A stretch of 64,000 nt of DNA from Eledone cirrhosa (taxonomy: Eukaryota), in contig OZ024761.1 in assembly GCA_964016885.1 (NCBI GenBank), forward strand, positions 1,426,001 through 1,490,000, read 5' to 3'. Both the position numbers and the translations under genes were made by a program. This document shows, piece by piece, positions 16,647 through 30,234 of the stretch; the first letter of the stretch is position 1; each line of letters begins with the position of its first letter. Below the pieces are notes generated by a model that was not told the origin of the DNA, did no database searches, and saw only the letters and a program-made list of their open reading frames with translations.

Positions 16647-17050
16647 CATACATACATACATACATACATACATACATACATACATACATACATACATACA
16701 TACATACATACTCATATCTACACACACAAAACACGAAATATAAGATCAGAGATAAATATATGCAATATATCATCTAGGCAGTTTTAATATCTTCTATACA
16801 ACCACCACAGAAGATACACATGTATGTATGTATGTGAATGTATATATGTATGTACGTATGTGTATGTATATATACGCATGCATGTTATTTATATATGCAT
16901 GTATGTATGTGTATGTATATATGTATATATATATGTATGTGCGTGTATGTATGTATGTGTGTATGTATGTATGTGTATGCATGTATGTATGTATATGTCA
17001 GGTCACCAGTGTGTATGTGTATATGTATGTATGTATGTATGTATGTATTA

Positions 17051-17660
17051 TGTCAGGTCACCAGTTGGTGCTACTGGTAACATGTATCCCAGTACAACCT
17101 GTTTCATGGTTGGGTCGTTGGCGACTAAACTGGCAACCCCACCAAGGTTTCTTGGTGAGGAGGGTGACTTTGGACATCCTGCAGGACTAAAAACAAAACC
17201 TGTCAAAGGGCAAAGGAGCTCTTAAGAGTCAATGGCCATCCAAAATCACCGCGAGAGATGACCCCTTAGCCTTTGTCAAGGCAGACTTCTAGGAGAAGGA
17301 AAACTCTGATATAACACCTGCAACCCTGATGGTATCCAATGATGTTGACTTGTTCTTCTTTTTGGTAAATATCATCTTGGTTAAGAGAGTGGGACTGGCT
17401 TTGTGCAGTGCCTTTTCTCACTATAAAAGCTTCACGGCACAGGCATTGCTTTATATCTGGAGATCTCTCTGCACTTGTCGTCACATGGTACCATGTGCCC
17501 AGCACTATGTGTCAATAATTGTTACAGGTGTAGTGTTTGTACCAGAGTTTTCAAGTCGCTGGCTGGACTAAAAAGTCACACTCGTTCAGCGCATTGGTAG
17601 GGGTTCTCCTACATGGATATAAAGTAGTGGCTGTACTCGAAAACGAGTTGGCAGCCACCA
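17051..17660 (+). mobile_element. Non-autonomous bipartite RTE derivative (5' UTR joined to 3' end)
   Basis: RTE 5'-UTR-like ctaggagaaggaaaactctg, a relic [17 protein letters not shown] finger, and tail actcgaaaacgagttggcagccacca resembling the RTE tail at 8733-8760. Confidence 0.75.
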
Positions 17661-17686
17661 TATGTATGTATGTTTGTGTGTGTATG

Positions 17687-17718
<32 letters not shown>

Positions 17719-18074
17719 TGTATATGCATGTATGTATGTATGTATGTATGTATGTATGTATGTATGTATGTATGTATGTATGTATGTATGTATGTATGTA
17801 TGTACGTATGTATGTATATGTATGTATGTATGAATGTATGTATGCATGTGTTATCACTGGGGAATGCTTCAAATCAGTTTAGCCGTGATGATTGAGTGAC
17901 AAGCCCAAAATATCACCCTTTGACACACCACCACCACCAATACCACCACGCCTCGACACCACATCACCACCCTTAGTTACTACCTTTAGCAGTGTCCCTT
18001 CAGTTGTGGCCATTTGAACCTGATCCCCGGATGTCGTTAGTTTCCTTCCTTAATCCTCTCTAGGATTGGTATTG

Positions 18075-18840
18075 ACGACGGCGTTAGCGACGATTTTGAC
18101 GTTAATGATGTTTGTGGCGTTACGACAACGTTAGCGTTCTCGTGAACGTTGGTGTTAGCGACAATTTTGACGTTAATGACGTCTGTGTCGTTGACGACAA
18201 CGTTAGCGTTCTCCTGAAAGTTGGTGTTAGCGACGATTTTGACGTTAATGACGTCTGTGTCGTTGACGACAACGTTAGCGTTCTCCTGAAAGTTGATGTT
18301 AATCACGATTTTGACGTTAATGACGTCTGTGTCGTTGACGACAACGTTAGCGTTCTCCTGAAAGTTGGTGTTAGCGACAATTTTGACGTTAATGACGTCT
18401 GTGTCGTTGACGACAACGTTAGCGTTCTCCTGAAAGTTGGTGTTAGCGACGATTTTGACGTTAATGACGTCTGTGTCGTTGACGACAACGTTAGCGTTCT
18501 CCTGAAAGTTGGTGTTAGCGACGATTTTGACGTTAATGACGTCTGTGTCGTTGACGACAACGTTAGCGTTCTCCTGAAAGTTGGTGTTAGCGACGATTTT
18601 GACGTTAATGACGTCTGTGTCGTTGACGACAACGTTAGCGTTCTCCTGAAAGTTGGTGTTAGCGACGATTTTGAAGCTAATGACGTCTGTGTCGTTGACG
18701 GTAACGTTAACCTTCTCGTAAACGTTGGCGTTAGCGACAATTTTGACGCTGGTGACCTCTTTGGGGTTGATGACAACGTTAGCGTTCTCGTGAACGTTGG
18801 TGTTAGCGACGATTTTGACACTGATGATGTTGTTGGCGTT
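18075..18840. repeat. 72-bp minisatellite, about 10.5 copies
   Basis: Unit gttagcgacgattttgacgttaatgacgtctgtgtcgttgacgacaacgttagcgttctcctgaaagttggt; central copies near-identical, edge copies diverged. Confidence 0.95.
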
Positions 18841-19380
18841 ATTATAATATGGCAGAAAATATGTTTCTGCAGTTTTGCTTTCGAAAAAAAGATGTCGAAG
18901 TTATTTTAAAATAAAATGAAAACGAAACAATACAAAACAACTAATTGTATTTTGTCCTATGTTAAAGCCAGGAATTCCTTTTTGGTGGGCATAGTAGGGG
19001 TAGGTTTTTAAGGGGACACACAATCAGGGAATCATTTCTGAATTAGAAGTCATGGGCATCAAATTTGGTCAATTTAGTTGTAGTGATTAGTTTAGCTGTT
19101 ATTATCAAATATCAACAGAGATATAAAAAAAAATTCGATATCTGATAAACATAACATGTACATAAATTGTAGCACATATACAAATAGATGTGTGTTGTGG
19201 TTGTTTGTGGAGAAAAATATAATTATGGGGTGGGAGGAACATAGCCACCCTGATACCCCCCAGTTCCACCATCCTTTTTGGTAGGCATAATAGGGACTGG
19301 GTTTGAAAGGGGACACACAATGCTATATTTCCAGCAGTAAATCTCAATTATTTGCTCCTGTGTTGAAGAAACCGTCAGAG

Positions 19381-19431
<51 letters not shown>

Positions 19432-19434
<3 letters not shown>

Positions 19435-19828
19435 AAAGTTATATTTAAATTGTTGGGTTACAACTAGTAAATATTTATAACTGATATAAAAGCACTCAAC
19501 AAGTATTTGGAGTATATTTACGATATTAAATAAATGGAAACTATATTTATAAAACCATATTTATTTCATTATATATATTTCAGGGATATCATATTAACAA
19601 TATGTTATGCCTTCTTCAGACAAAATATAGACAGTTTTATAAACTGCCAAATCAACTTTTCAAATACAAGTCGATGTTGAACGGTATGTCAAATCTATTT
19701 ATTTATAAAACTGTCTATATTGTATTTTGTCTGAAGAAGGCATAACATATTGTTAATATGATACCCCTGAAATATATATAATGAAATAAATATGGTTTTA
19801 TAAATATAGTTTCCATTTATTTAATATC

Positions 19829-19831
<3 letters not shown>
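19432..19831. mobile_element. Fold-back element with an HHR on each arm (family H)
   Basis: Arms 19519-19643 and 19702-19831; tattttgt-CTGAAGA-agg..cct-GAAA TATATA TA-atgaaata at 19723-19788 (+) and 19562-19627 (-); flanked by (TA)n. Confidence 0.85.
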
Positions 19832-19865
<34 letters not shown>

Positions 19866-20304
19866 TATATATTTATATGCATATACATATATATATATAT
19901 ACACACACACAAATACTGTCCTACTCAGCATACTTTACTTTAGAGACTCTATCTAAGATTATAACATACGCACACATATATACATACACTCACTGTCTTC
20001 TTAAGCAACAACAACAAGACATTCACTACTTTAGTTCTAGCTAGAATGTCAAGTTTACATCTTCTACTACCAGAGTCTCTCCATTCATTTTCTATTCACC
20101 CTCCACCACCCTTATCGATACACCCGCCTTGCGACCCCTCCCTGTCGTATTTGTTTTATAATACTTTCTAATTTTAACACACACTCCAGTTCTTATTTAT
20201 ATATCCCATTCCAATATATTGATTCTTTAGTTACTGAAGTAAATCAATAGCTTCCATTATACATCCTAAATTATCTAATTTGATAACATTTTTATTTCGT
20301 TAAA

Positions 20305-20780
20305 CATGCAGAAAAAGAAGTGGGGTAGGCGTAAAAGCCAAACTCGTTATCTTCAATTCAGTATTAGCGCCAACCCTTAACTATAGTCATGAAACTTGGG
20401 TATTGACCGAAAAAATACGATCACGACTACAAGCGGCCGAAATGGGATTCATCCGAAGGGTCTTTGGTAAAGTGCGTAGCTCGGAAATCAGAGTCACTGC
20501 AAGTTGGACCGCTACTATGAGCATGTGGTTAGAATGTCTCATGAATGATTCGCTGGACAGATTTTGCGGGCAAAAAGCAACTGGCAAGAGACCCAGGGGT
20601 AGACCCGAGCAAGGTGGTTTGATAACATCAATGAGCTTGGCTGGTTTCGCTTGGGAATCCAGCCTGATCAATTGGGAACGTTCGCTTCTGACAGGACCCG
20701 CTGGAAGGAGTCTTTGAGGACTCTGTCCCCACGACTCTCTCAGGAATAAGTGGGCAAAGAAGGAGAAGAAGAAGGAGGAG
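20305..20780 (+). mobile_element. RTE LINE 3' fragment, decayed
   Basis: ..PTL..SHETWVLTEKIRSRLQAAEMGFIRRV..VRSSEIR..GKRPRGRP, ending in a (GAA/GGA)n tail. Confidence 0.8.
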
Positions 20781-21052
20781 GTTTTTCTTGTTAAAAGCTT
20801 TATTCAGCCGACTTGTGGTAATATAAACCACAAACATTTTCCCATGAAACCCGATGTTTATCGGTTATTTTGGAACTGTCGTCTGTTTTCGTTAACCAAT
20901 TGTTCCCATAATACAATATAAACTATCCAGTTTTTCTCAGTTCATATCATTTGATAGTTTTTAATGAAATTATTTCGAAACATTTACATTCTATTCAAAT
21001 TGTTCGGAATTTTTGTTTGATCTTTCTTGTGTAAAAAAAAAAATATATGTAT

Positions 21053-21124
<72 letters not shown>

Positions 21125-21313
21125 CTGACTTCCTCGAATTCCGATGCTTTAACGTTTATATTGACAGTGTCGTCTGTGTTATCCATTTACAAGTAAAATC
21201 TACAAATGGTATGATCAAGTCATTCATTGAATTAAGCTATTGATAATAAATAAAAAGTATTGATCGGTTGTTTTAGTGAAGACCACCATCATGTTGCTAA
21301 AGAAAAGTTAAAC

Positions 21314-21359
<46 letters not shown>

Positions 21360-21744
21360 TTAAGGATACTATTTATGGTTATGTATATAATAAAACCTTT
21401 TATGGTTATATATATTTAAACTCTAAATAGTGAAAGACAGTAATTCATTACTATCTTATTATATATATATATATATTAGCGAAATTCTCGTTTGTCCTTC
21501 ACAAACTCACAAACGTTACAATTCCTCTTCTCTCAATACTCTGAAATATTTCGTTTCTTATTTATTTTCCCGCTAGAGGTCACCATAGGCTTTTCTATCT
21601 TGTTACTTCTCTTTTTTTTTTCCAATTGACTTTTGGCTTTTGCCGATAGTGTTTGTTTTACCTTGTTAAAACATTTTTATATTTTTCTCTTTTGTGGGGT
21701 TTTGTTTTTTGTCGCAACTGAATACATACATACACACACACATA

Positions 21745-21786
<42 letters not shown>

Positions 21787-21980
21787 TGGATGAATACTTC
21801 GACAGGCACTATGTACTTGTAGAAATATGCAAGGTGTTTATAATATTTGTGGTTCAATGGTACTAATTCGAGATACCAGAACAATATAAAAATAGCGGAG
21901 CAAGCGGTTATCAAACAATTCTCTAAATAAATTAAAAAACGATTTAAATAATCACCTGTTAGAGAATTGTTTGATAACCG

Positions 21981-22066
<86 letters not shown>

Positions 22067-22268
22067 ATATATATATGTATATACATATATATATGTATAT
22101 ACATATACATATGTGTATATATATATATATATATGATAAAAACGTGCTGCGGGGTTGCTAATGGGTTACATATGAATAAAGTTAGTCCTTCATCAGTGCT
22201 CTTCCAACCATCATTGGTATTTCATCGCTTTAAAGACCATATACCTCCGGTTGGTGCGAGCAACGGCT

Positions 22269-22323
<55 letters not shown>

Positions 22324-22325
<2 letters not shown>

Positions 22326-22488
22326 CGAAGGAAATGTGGTAAGGAACCAGGTGGACCATAACGCACCAAAGTACTCAATAGTTGAGGTAGTAGAGTGGGT
22401 AATAGGAACCAGTAAGACCCCGACAGCTGAGCTCAAGCCGTTTCGACGTCGAAACGGCTTGAGCTCAGCTGTCGGGGTCTTACTGGTT

Positions 22489-22493
<5 letters not shown>
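22324..22493 (-). mobile_element. Short element ending in a perfect ~90-bp palindrome (family M, half-hammerhead)
   Basis: 22403-22493 is self-complementary about gacgtc; homologous to 30059-30238 and 36497-36546. Confidence 0.85.
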
Positions 22494-22568
<75 letters not shown>

Positions 22569-22574
22569 TATATA

Positions 22575-22840
22575 GGTAAGTTATTCCGGGTTGAATCGGA
22601 GGTAACCAAAGTAAGTAAGGTACTCAATGCATAGCAGAGTAAAAAGTTTTAATATAGATGAGATTCTACAGTACTAGAACTGTTTCATTCTTTAGAAATC
22701 ATCAGGGATCTGGCTTTCCAAAAATAAATGTTGTGGTATTTATATCTTTTCAGGTGGTAGGAGAGGGTGGGGAGTGGGATGGGTGGAGGTCATTGGTTAA
22801 AAGAAAAGGGAATTCATTAAAAGCTAATTCTTTAAGGCTA
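22575..22840 (-). mobile_element. HHR element (family I), HHR at 22661-22711
   Basis: agatcc-CTGATGA-tttctaaagaat-GAAACAG ttctagta CTGTA-gaatct; homologous to 30644-30843. Confidence 0.75.
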
Positions 22841-22845
22841 TAATT

Positions 22846-23392
<547 letters not shown>

Positions 23393-23404
23393 AGGAGGTG
23401 AGTT

Positions 23405-23495
<91 letters not shown>

Positions 23496-23530
23496 TACAT
23501 ATATACATATATATATATATAGATATATAC

Positions 23531-23561
<31 letters not shown>

Positions 23562-23567
23562 CATATA

Positions 23568-24470
23568 TAAATACAATATCGGAGAAAGCTTTTTAGCGAT
23601 ACTCCGGCCAAATTCCAACTCACTCAACAAACATTAGGAAATAAGTGATTATATTCCTAATTATGCGTTCGGGGTGCTAACTAAAAGTATTGCGTGGAGA
23701 ATTGGCTGTATTATTTCATATGAGACATATCGAATATATCTCTTCCCAGGCGGACGTCTCGTTTCATTATAGGATTCCTACAATTTGGGTGAAATTATAC
23801 CAATTTATGTAGGAGCTTGTATACCATCAATAGATATATATTCAAGTGGGCTCCTATAATTCATCAGTGGGAGCCCCAATAATACTAATATTGATAATCT
23901 AACCAACATCAGTATTTAGCGATAATCATCATCAGTGCCTGAGGTATCTGTCAGGTTACTAGTCCAGCAGTTCTAAAGAAATGCTCAAACTGATTCAAAA
24001 ATGAGGAAGTAAATTACCGCAAAAAAAAACAATACATGCGCATGACAATGAACTCTAAAAGGAATTCAGGCCACGTGCTAGAACTCAATTGGAAATTGAA
24101 AAAATATCTGTGTGTACAACATTTGATGACACACACAGATATTTTCTCGGGCAAAATAACAGAATGAGATATAAGGAACCATCAATATTCATATATAAAC
24201 AAATAAACAAAGAAAGCCTAACCTTATGCCGGGAATTTCAAATCTGTTGCACCAAGAGTAAATAAATAAATACAATATCGGAGAAAGCTTTTTAGCGATA
24301 CTCCGGCCAAATTCCAACTCACTCAACAAACATTAGGAAATAAGTGATTATATTCCTAATTATGCGTTCGGGGTGCTAACTAAAAGTATTGCATGGAAAA
24401 TTGGCTGTATTATTTCATATGAGACATATCTAATATATCTCTTCCCAGGCGGACGTCTCGTTTCATTATA
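23568..24470 (-). mobile_element. Element with ~200-bp direct repeats and a long-stem-II HHR-like motif (family J)
   Basis: 23568-23770 recurs at 24267-24469; minus 23745-23871 reads CTGATGA-attatagga..tcctataat-GAAACGAGACGTC; stem I is imperfect. Confidence 0.7.
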
Positions 24471-24495
24471 TACATATATATAGATATATATACAT

Positions 24496-24540
<45 letters not shown>

Positions 24541-24544
24541 TATA

Positions 24545-24623
24545 TGATGGCTGCCCCCTCGTTATCGAGTATGGCCATTGCACGAGGAGAAAAAAAAAAT
24601 AATAATAAATAAATAAAAAAGAA

Positions 24624-24654
<31 letters not shown>

Positions 24655-24714
24655 CACATATACACACACATATACACACACATATATATACACACACACA
24701 TATACATTAATAAC

Positions 24715-24746
<32 letters not shown>

Positions 24747-27700
24747 CAATAATAATAACAACAACAAACAACAACAACAATAATAATATACATATACATA
24801 TATATATACACATACGCGCACACACATAAACATATCTATATACACACACACACGATAGCAACTAACAGCGCTGCGATCGAATGTGGCTTTTTAGCCCAGC
24901 CAATGATCTAAAATGTATTGCACAGAGTCGGCAACCAAAACATTCACTGGGAATAGTCGGCTGTGGTTGGAGTTCATGTACTTTTGCATGTCGCTTGAGC
25001 CCTCCTGCTGATTTACATTCTCTACCACATATTTGGCAAGCATGATGAGTAGCATCTCCAACAGCAGCCTGGTAGTCAACCACTGGTCTTACTTTATAAC
25101 TGCGAAGATGACTTTCGAGTCCAGCTTTGCTTAGGCAGAGTCTCGCACAGACGCTGCATGTCAGCACCATAGGAGGACCCTCGCCGTCTGGAAGTGCAAC
25201 AGCAATGCCCTTCCTCACATCCCGCTTTACTTTCTCGTATGCGATTCGAGATGCCTCAAAGGCAACTTTTCCCTCATATACAGTCTTTCTCCATTTATTA
25301 CGATCAGCAGCAATATTTTCCCATGTATCAGCAGAGATGTTAGCGTCTTTCAGAGAGGCTTTCAAGGAATCCTTATACCTCTTTTTTGGTTTATGTGGCG
25401 GTCGTTTTCCTTTAACCAACTCTCCATAAAAGAGTTGTTTTGGTATTCTAGAATCCTTCATCCTGGCAAGGTGACCACTCCAACGGAGTCATTGCTTAAG
25501 CACAAGAGCTTCTATACTGTCACACATAGAGCTTTCCAAAATTTCGACATCACTGATGTGGTCCCGCCAGTGAACGCCATGGATCCGTCTGAGACACATC
25601 TGATGGAAACGCTCCAATTGCTTAAGGTGGTGTCGATATGTGACCCAGGTCTCGCAGGCATAAAGAAGACAAGAGAGCACACATGCCCTGTACACCTTTA
25701 CCTTTGTCCTTCTGCATATGTCTCGCCGACCCCAGAGTCACCTTTCTAGCTTTCCGAAAGCATCACTTGCTTTTCTAATCCTAAGTGAGATTTCACTGTC
25801 AAGGTTGCTGTATCGATTGACAGTGCTTCCCAGGTAGAAAAACTGATCAACCATTCCAAGTCGTTTACCATACACATAGATGTTTGGTTCAGTGTACTGC
25901 TTACCAGGGGGAGGTTGGTACATGACGACGGTTTTCTTGAGACTGACAGTCAATCCTAGAGCAGTGCAAGCGTCAGAAAATGCATTCAAAATGTGCTGCA
26001 TATCACTCTCTGTGTGCGCTACAAGATCCCAATCATCTGCATACAAGAGGTCTCTTATGATTGATGTAAATACTTTTGTCTTTGCAGCAAAGCGCCTGAT
26101 GTTAAATATGCTGCCTGAGGTTCGATATCGGATGTAAACACCATGCTCGCAATTCCTGAATGCAATACAGAAAACCATTGCAAAGTATATGGCAAACAGG
26201 GTCGGTGCTGGAATATCCCCCTGTTTCACTCCATTTTTTACTGATATAGGCTCCGACATGTTACCTCCGACATTAACCCAAGCCTTCATGTCGTCATGGA
26301 AAGACCTAACTAAAGCAAGGAACTTATCAGGGCAACCAAGTTTCTGGAGAACCTTCCATAATGCATCTCTGTTAACAGTATCGAAAGCTTTTGTCAGATC
26401 GACAAAAACCTGATACCGATCCCAGCCTTGTTCCATGTACTTCTCCTGGAGCTTTCTAGCTGAGAAGATCATATCAGTACTGCCGCGTCCAGCACGAAAA
26501 CCAGATTGACTTTCAGGAAGAACACAATCTGCAATGTGTGTCAGCAGACGGTCCAGAAGCACCCTACATAAACTTTCCCTACGACAGAAAGCAATGATAT
26601 ACCTCTGTAGTTCCCACAATCATTCCTGTTACCCTTTCCCTTGTACAAGACCACCATTACTACATCTCTCCAGTCCTCAGGTACGGATTCATTAGCCCAT
26701 ATCCTGCCAAACAAAGAGTGAAGATGTTGCAGGAGTCTCTCACCACCATATTGTAAGAGCTCAGCATGTATGCCATCCATACCTGGAGATCTTCCACTGT
26801 TCAGCTTCGAAATAGCCACTGCAACCTCCACAAGCGTCAGAGGTTCTGCGAGAGCTACTTTCACAGGACTTTCTGGAATGAGATTGAGGAAATCTTCACT
26901 GACGACAGACAGCTGATTCAAAAGATCATCAAAGTGCTCTCGCCACCTTCGTAGAATTCCTTGTGAGTCACGAAGAAGTTCTTTGCCATCCTTGCTGCGA
27001 AGCGGTGTCACCAGAGAAGAAGACGGTCCATAAACCTCACGCAAGAGACTGTACAACAGCTTTGTGTTATTGGAATCTAACGCAGTTTGTATCTCACCAG
27101 CCTTCTCAATCCACCACTGATACTTCATCTGAGAAAGACTCCGCCTAACACGTGATTTTACATCCTTGAGTTCCTCATGCAACGTATTCCTCTCCTGTGG
27201 TTTTGCCGTCAAGTAGCGTGACAGAGCACGCCTCTTATCAGCCAACAAGTCTTCTATATGTACATCATTCTCATTAAACCAGTCCTGATGTTTTCTCTGC
27301 ACCAATCCCAGAACACGCCTGCCTACATCATAAACCGACTTTTTAAGGGTCGGCCAATCCTCACCAAGATCTGCAGCCTGCATCTCTTCTTCCAATGTCC
27401 TCTTCACATTTTTATCCTTAAGACGAGCAGCATTCAATCTTTTGGGCAGGGCAACACCAGGAGCCCGGATTTTACGTTTAGTGATTAGTTTCACTTTTGC
27501 GCGTACCAGGCGGTGGTCCGTCCAGCACTCAGCTCCACGAAGAGCATGAACACACTGCACATCCTGTCTATCACGCATCCTGACTAGGACGTAGTCCAAA
27601 AGATGCCATTCCTTAGATGCAGGATGCATCCATGTGGTCTTGAATTTGTTCTTTTGTTGGAACATGGTGTTGGTAACACACAGATCCAGCTCCTCACACA

Positions 27701-28173
27701 TCTGCAGCAGGAGCATACCATTGTTGTTACACTTTCCCACCCCATGCCTTCCGATTACATTCCATGTGTTAAAATCCCTACCCACTCTAGCATTAAAGTC
27801 ACCAAGCACGATGACTTTGTCTGCCTGAGGGATATTTCTTAAAACACCTTTCAAGGCATGGTAAAAGGACACTTTTTCGTCGTCGACAGAATTCATAGTT
27901 GGAGCATACACACTCACCAGGGTCGCATATCTTCCTTTGTCCAGCGGAATTCTCATGGACATAAGACGCTCACTGGGAATTCTTCTAATTTATTCACAAG
28001 TACAGTCTTAACAGCAAATCCTACCCCAGCCTCTTTTCTGGTTCCTTTATCTCTTCCTTTCCAGAAGAATGTATATTCTCCACAAAATTCTGTAAGATGA
28101 CCATCTCCAGCTAACCTCGTCTCAGATAAAGCCACGATGTCAAGATCGTAACGTCGAAGCTCTTTGCAACAAT
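24545..28173 (-). mobile_element. RTE (BovB-like) LINE copy 2, APE-RT-C2H2x3, disabled
   Basis: ALSETRL, SVYAPT, GDFNARVG, LDYVLV and TDHRLV endonuclease motifs, then RT and three C2H2 fingers; several frameshifts and stops. Confidence 0.95.
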
Positions 28174-28392
28174 CCTTCTACACACAAACCTTAATAATGT
28201 TTCTCTTCGTTAATTTTGAAATTGCCACAATACTTACCAACACACTTTTTTTGACGTTAGAATATTCATCCACAATTATTATTTTTTTCTCTCTATCTTC
28301 ATACATAAATTCCCTTCGTTAATTTTCAAATTCCTTTATATACACATATATACACACATCTTTGCTAGATATACACAAACATTTTTTGCATA

Positions 28393-28434
28393 TACATACT
28401 TCCTTGCTCTACATACATGTCTCTTATATGTACG

Positions 28435-28474
<40 letters not shown>

Positions 28475-28517
28475 CGTACATATAAGAGACATGTTTGTAG
28501 AGCAAGGAAGTGTGTAT
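28393..28517. repeat. Palindrome centred on a (TA)n tract
   Basis: acttccttgctctaca..gtacatct-(TA)n-agatgtac..tgtagagcaaggaagt. Confidence 0.9.
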
Positions 28518-28521
28518 TACC

Positions 28522-28856
28522 GGTGGTTTATATAGGGACGATATTTTATTTACCGTGGTAAAACACAACAATATAGAACTAAATAGAGTAAAGAAAAGTA
28601 TAATAGAATTCTTTAAAATGTACGACCTTAAGTTAGAAGTAGAAAATGGTACCAAAATAGTTAATTTCCTAGACGTTACCTTTAACTTAAACACTGGCTT
28701 CTATTACCCTCTTCAGAAGCCCAATGAAAACTTAAACTATGTTAGTAACCATTCCAATCACCCTAAATCTGTAAAAAAAGCTATAGTAAATAGTGTGCAA
28801 AAACGAATCAATAAAATATCAGCCAATAAAGCTATATTCGATGAAAACGCTGAAAT
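28522..28856 (+). mobile_element. Penelope-like RT fragment
   Basis: GLYRDD..NFLDVTFNLNTG..KPN..NYV..SNHP..I..RI..IS.N..IF. Confidence 0.85.
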
Positions 28857-28939
28857 TACAAGTTATCCTCTTCAAAATACGATCCTTGGGAAGTCATACA
28901 GTGGTTCCAAAGTTTTTTTTTGGCATTGACCATAACAGT

Positions 28940-29410
28940 ACCTGAAGTCATTTTCTGTGAGTGTCCTTAACTCGTTGGTTCCAATTTTTTGTCTGTTTTC
29001 TACAGTTACAACCCTCTAACTTCAATTTCAACTTAGGGAAGAGATAGAAAGCTCATGGTGCTAGATCTGGGCTGTAAGGAGGATGTGGAAGAGTGGGAAT
29101 GTTTTTCTTCGCCAAAAATTCTCTAATTGAAAGTGTTGTGTGAGGAGGAGCGTTATCACGATACAGTACCCATTATCCTGCAATGTTTCAGACTCGCTGG
29201 ACCCCTTGTCGAAGTCGTTTCGAGACGTCTTTATAGAATATGCAATTAGCTGCCTGTCCTGGAGGTAAAAATTCTTTGTGAACAATACCACAGCTGTCAA
29301 AATAATTAAAATCATCGTTTTCACCCTGGATCTGCTCATGCTTGCTTTCTTCGGACGAGGAGAATGCTTCGTGTGCCATTACTCTCTTTGCCATATTGTC
29401 TCTGGATCCT
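28940..29410 (-). mobile_element. Mariner transposase remnant
   Basis: Frameshifted SRVKTM..FDSCGIVHKEFLPPGQ..DNAPPHT..HPPYSPDLAP..LFPKLK. Confidence 0.88.
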
Positions 29411-29537
29411 ACTAAAACATCGACGATTCATCTCCTGCTATTTATTACTTTATCCAAGAAATTTGTCTCAATTTTAAGTTTTAGGATATTAGTATCAGTG
29501 TATATATATATTATCAAAGAATGACAATAATTGCAGG

Positions 29538-29890
29538 TGACATGGTTTTACTTCACAGAAGTTAAATAAATTAATATAAATAATTGTTACCTCATGTTGA
29601 TGGTAGTTGGTCCAACTCCCAGACTGGAGTGTGTGGAGAAGAACAGACATCTTCTCTTGGTAAGGTTCTTCTTGTTCCTTCGAAGTTCAGGATGCGAGAG
29701 AGAGTTATACCTTGATTGTCCTCAAATATATAGTCCCCAGGAGGACGCAACTCCATTTAGTACATGAATCTGCTAATGGGAGTCGCGCCCGTCGCAAAGG
29801 TACGTAACTCCTATACTTGCTGAGTTACGACCGTCTTAAAGGGACGCAACTCCTATACGTGGTGAGTCACAGCCGTAAGGGGCCGCTACA
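29538..29890 (-). mobile_element. Possible solo LTR
   Basis: The minus strand starts TGTAGC and ends CA, with internal short repeats (gacgcaactcc) and a TATA-like ctatata; no target-site duplication found. Confidence 0.3.
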
Positions 29891-29999
29891 GAGTCTTTCT
29901 AGCAAATCCTGACAAATTTTCCAGTCGGTTCTCTCTTTTTATTTTGCTCCACAGTGTTTGAGTATAAAACAAAAACTAAGGACTTAACAAAAATATACA

Positions 30000-30058
<59 letters not shown>

Positions 30059-30060
<2 letters not shown>

Positions 30061-30234
30061 CGAAGGAAGTGAGGTAAGGAACCAAGTGGACCGTAACGCA
30101 CCAGAGTACTCGATACTATGGGTAGTAGAGTGGGTAATAGGAAAAGGTTCAGGACCCCGACGGTAGAGCTCAAGCCGTTTCGACGGAAATAGCCGTCGAT
30201 AAGGCTTGAGCTCTGCCGTCGGGGTCCTGAACCT

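Noticed and set aside
18075-18840. CRISPR-like array
   Set aside because: Contiguous tandem units without unique spacers, no cas genes, eukaryotic context.
21904-21987. 24-bp inverted repeat
   Set aside because: Real but short, with no ribozyme or family link that I could support.
22136-22270. CTGATGA on the minus strand at 22190-22196
   Set aside because: No matching GAAA or stem III found; at most a truncated remnant.
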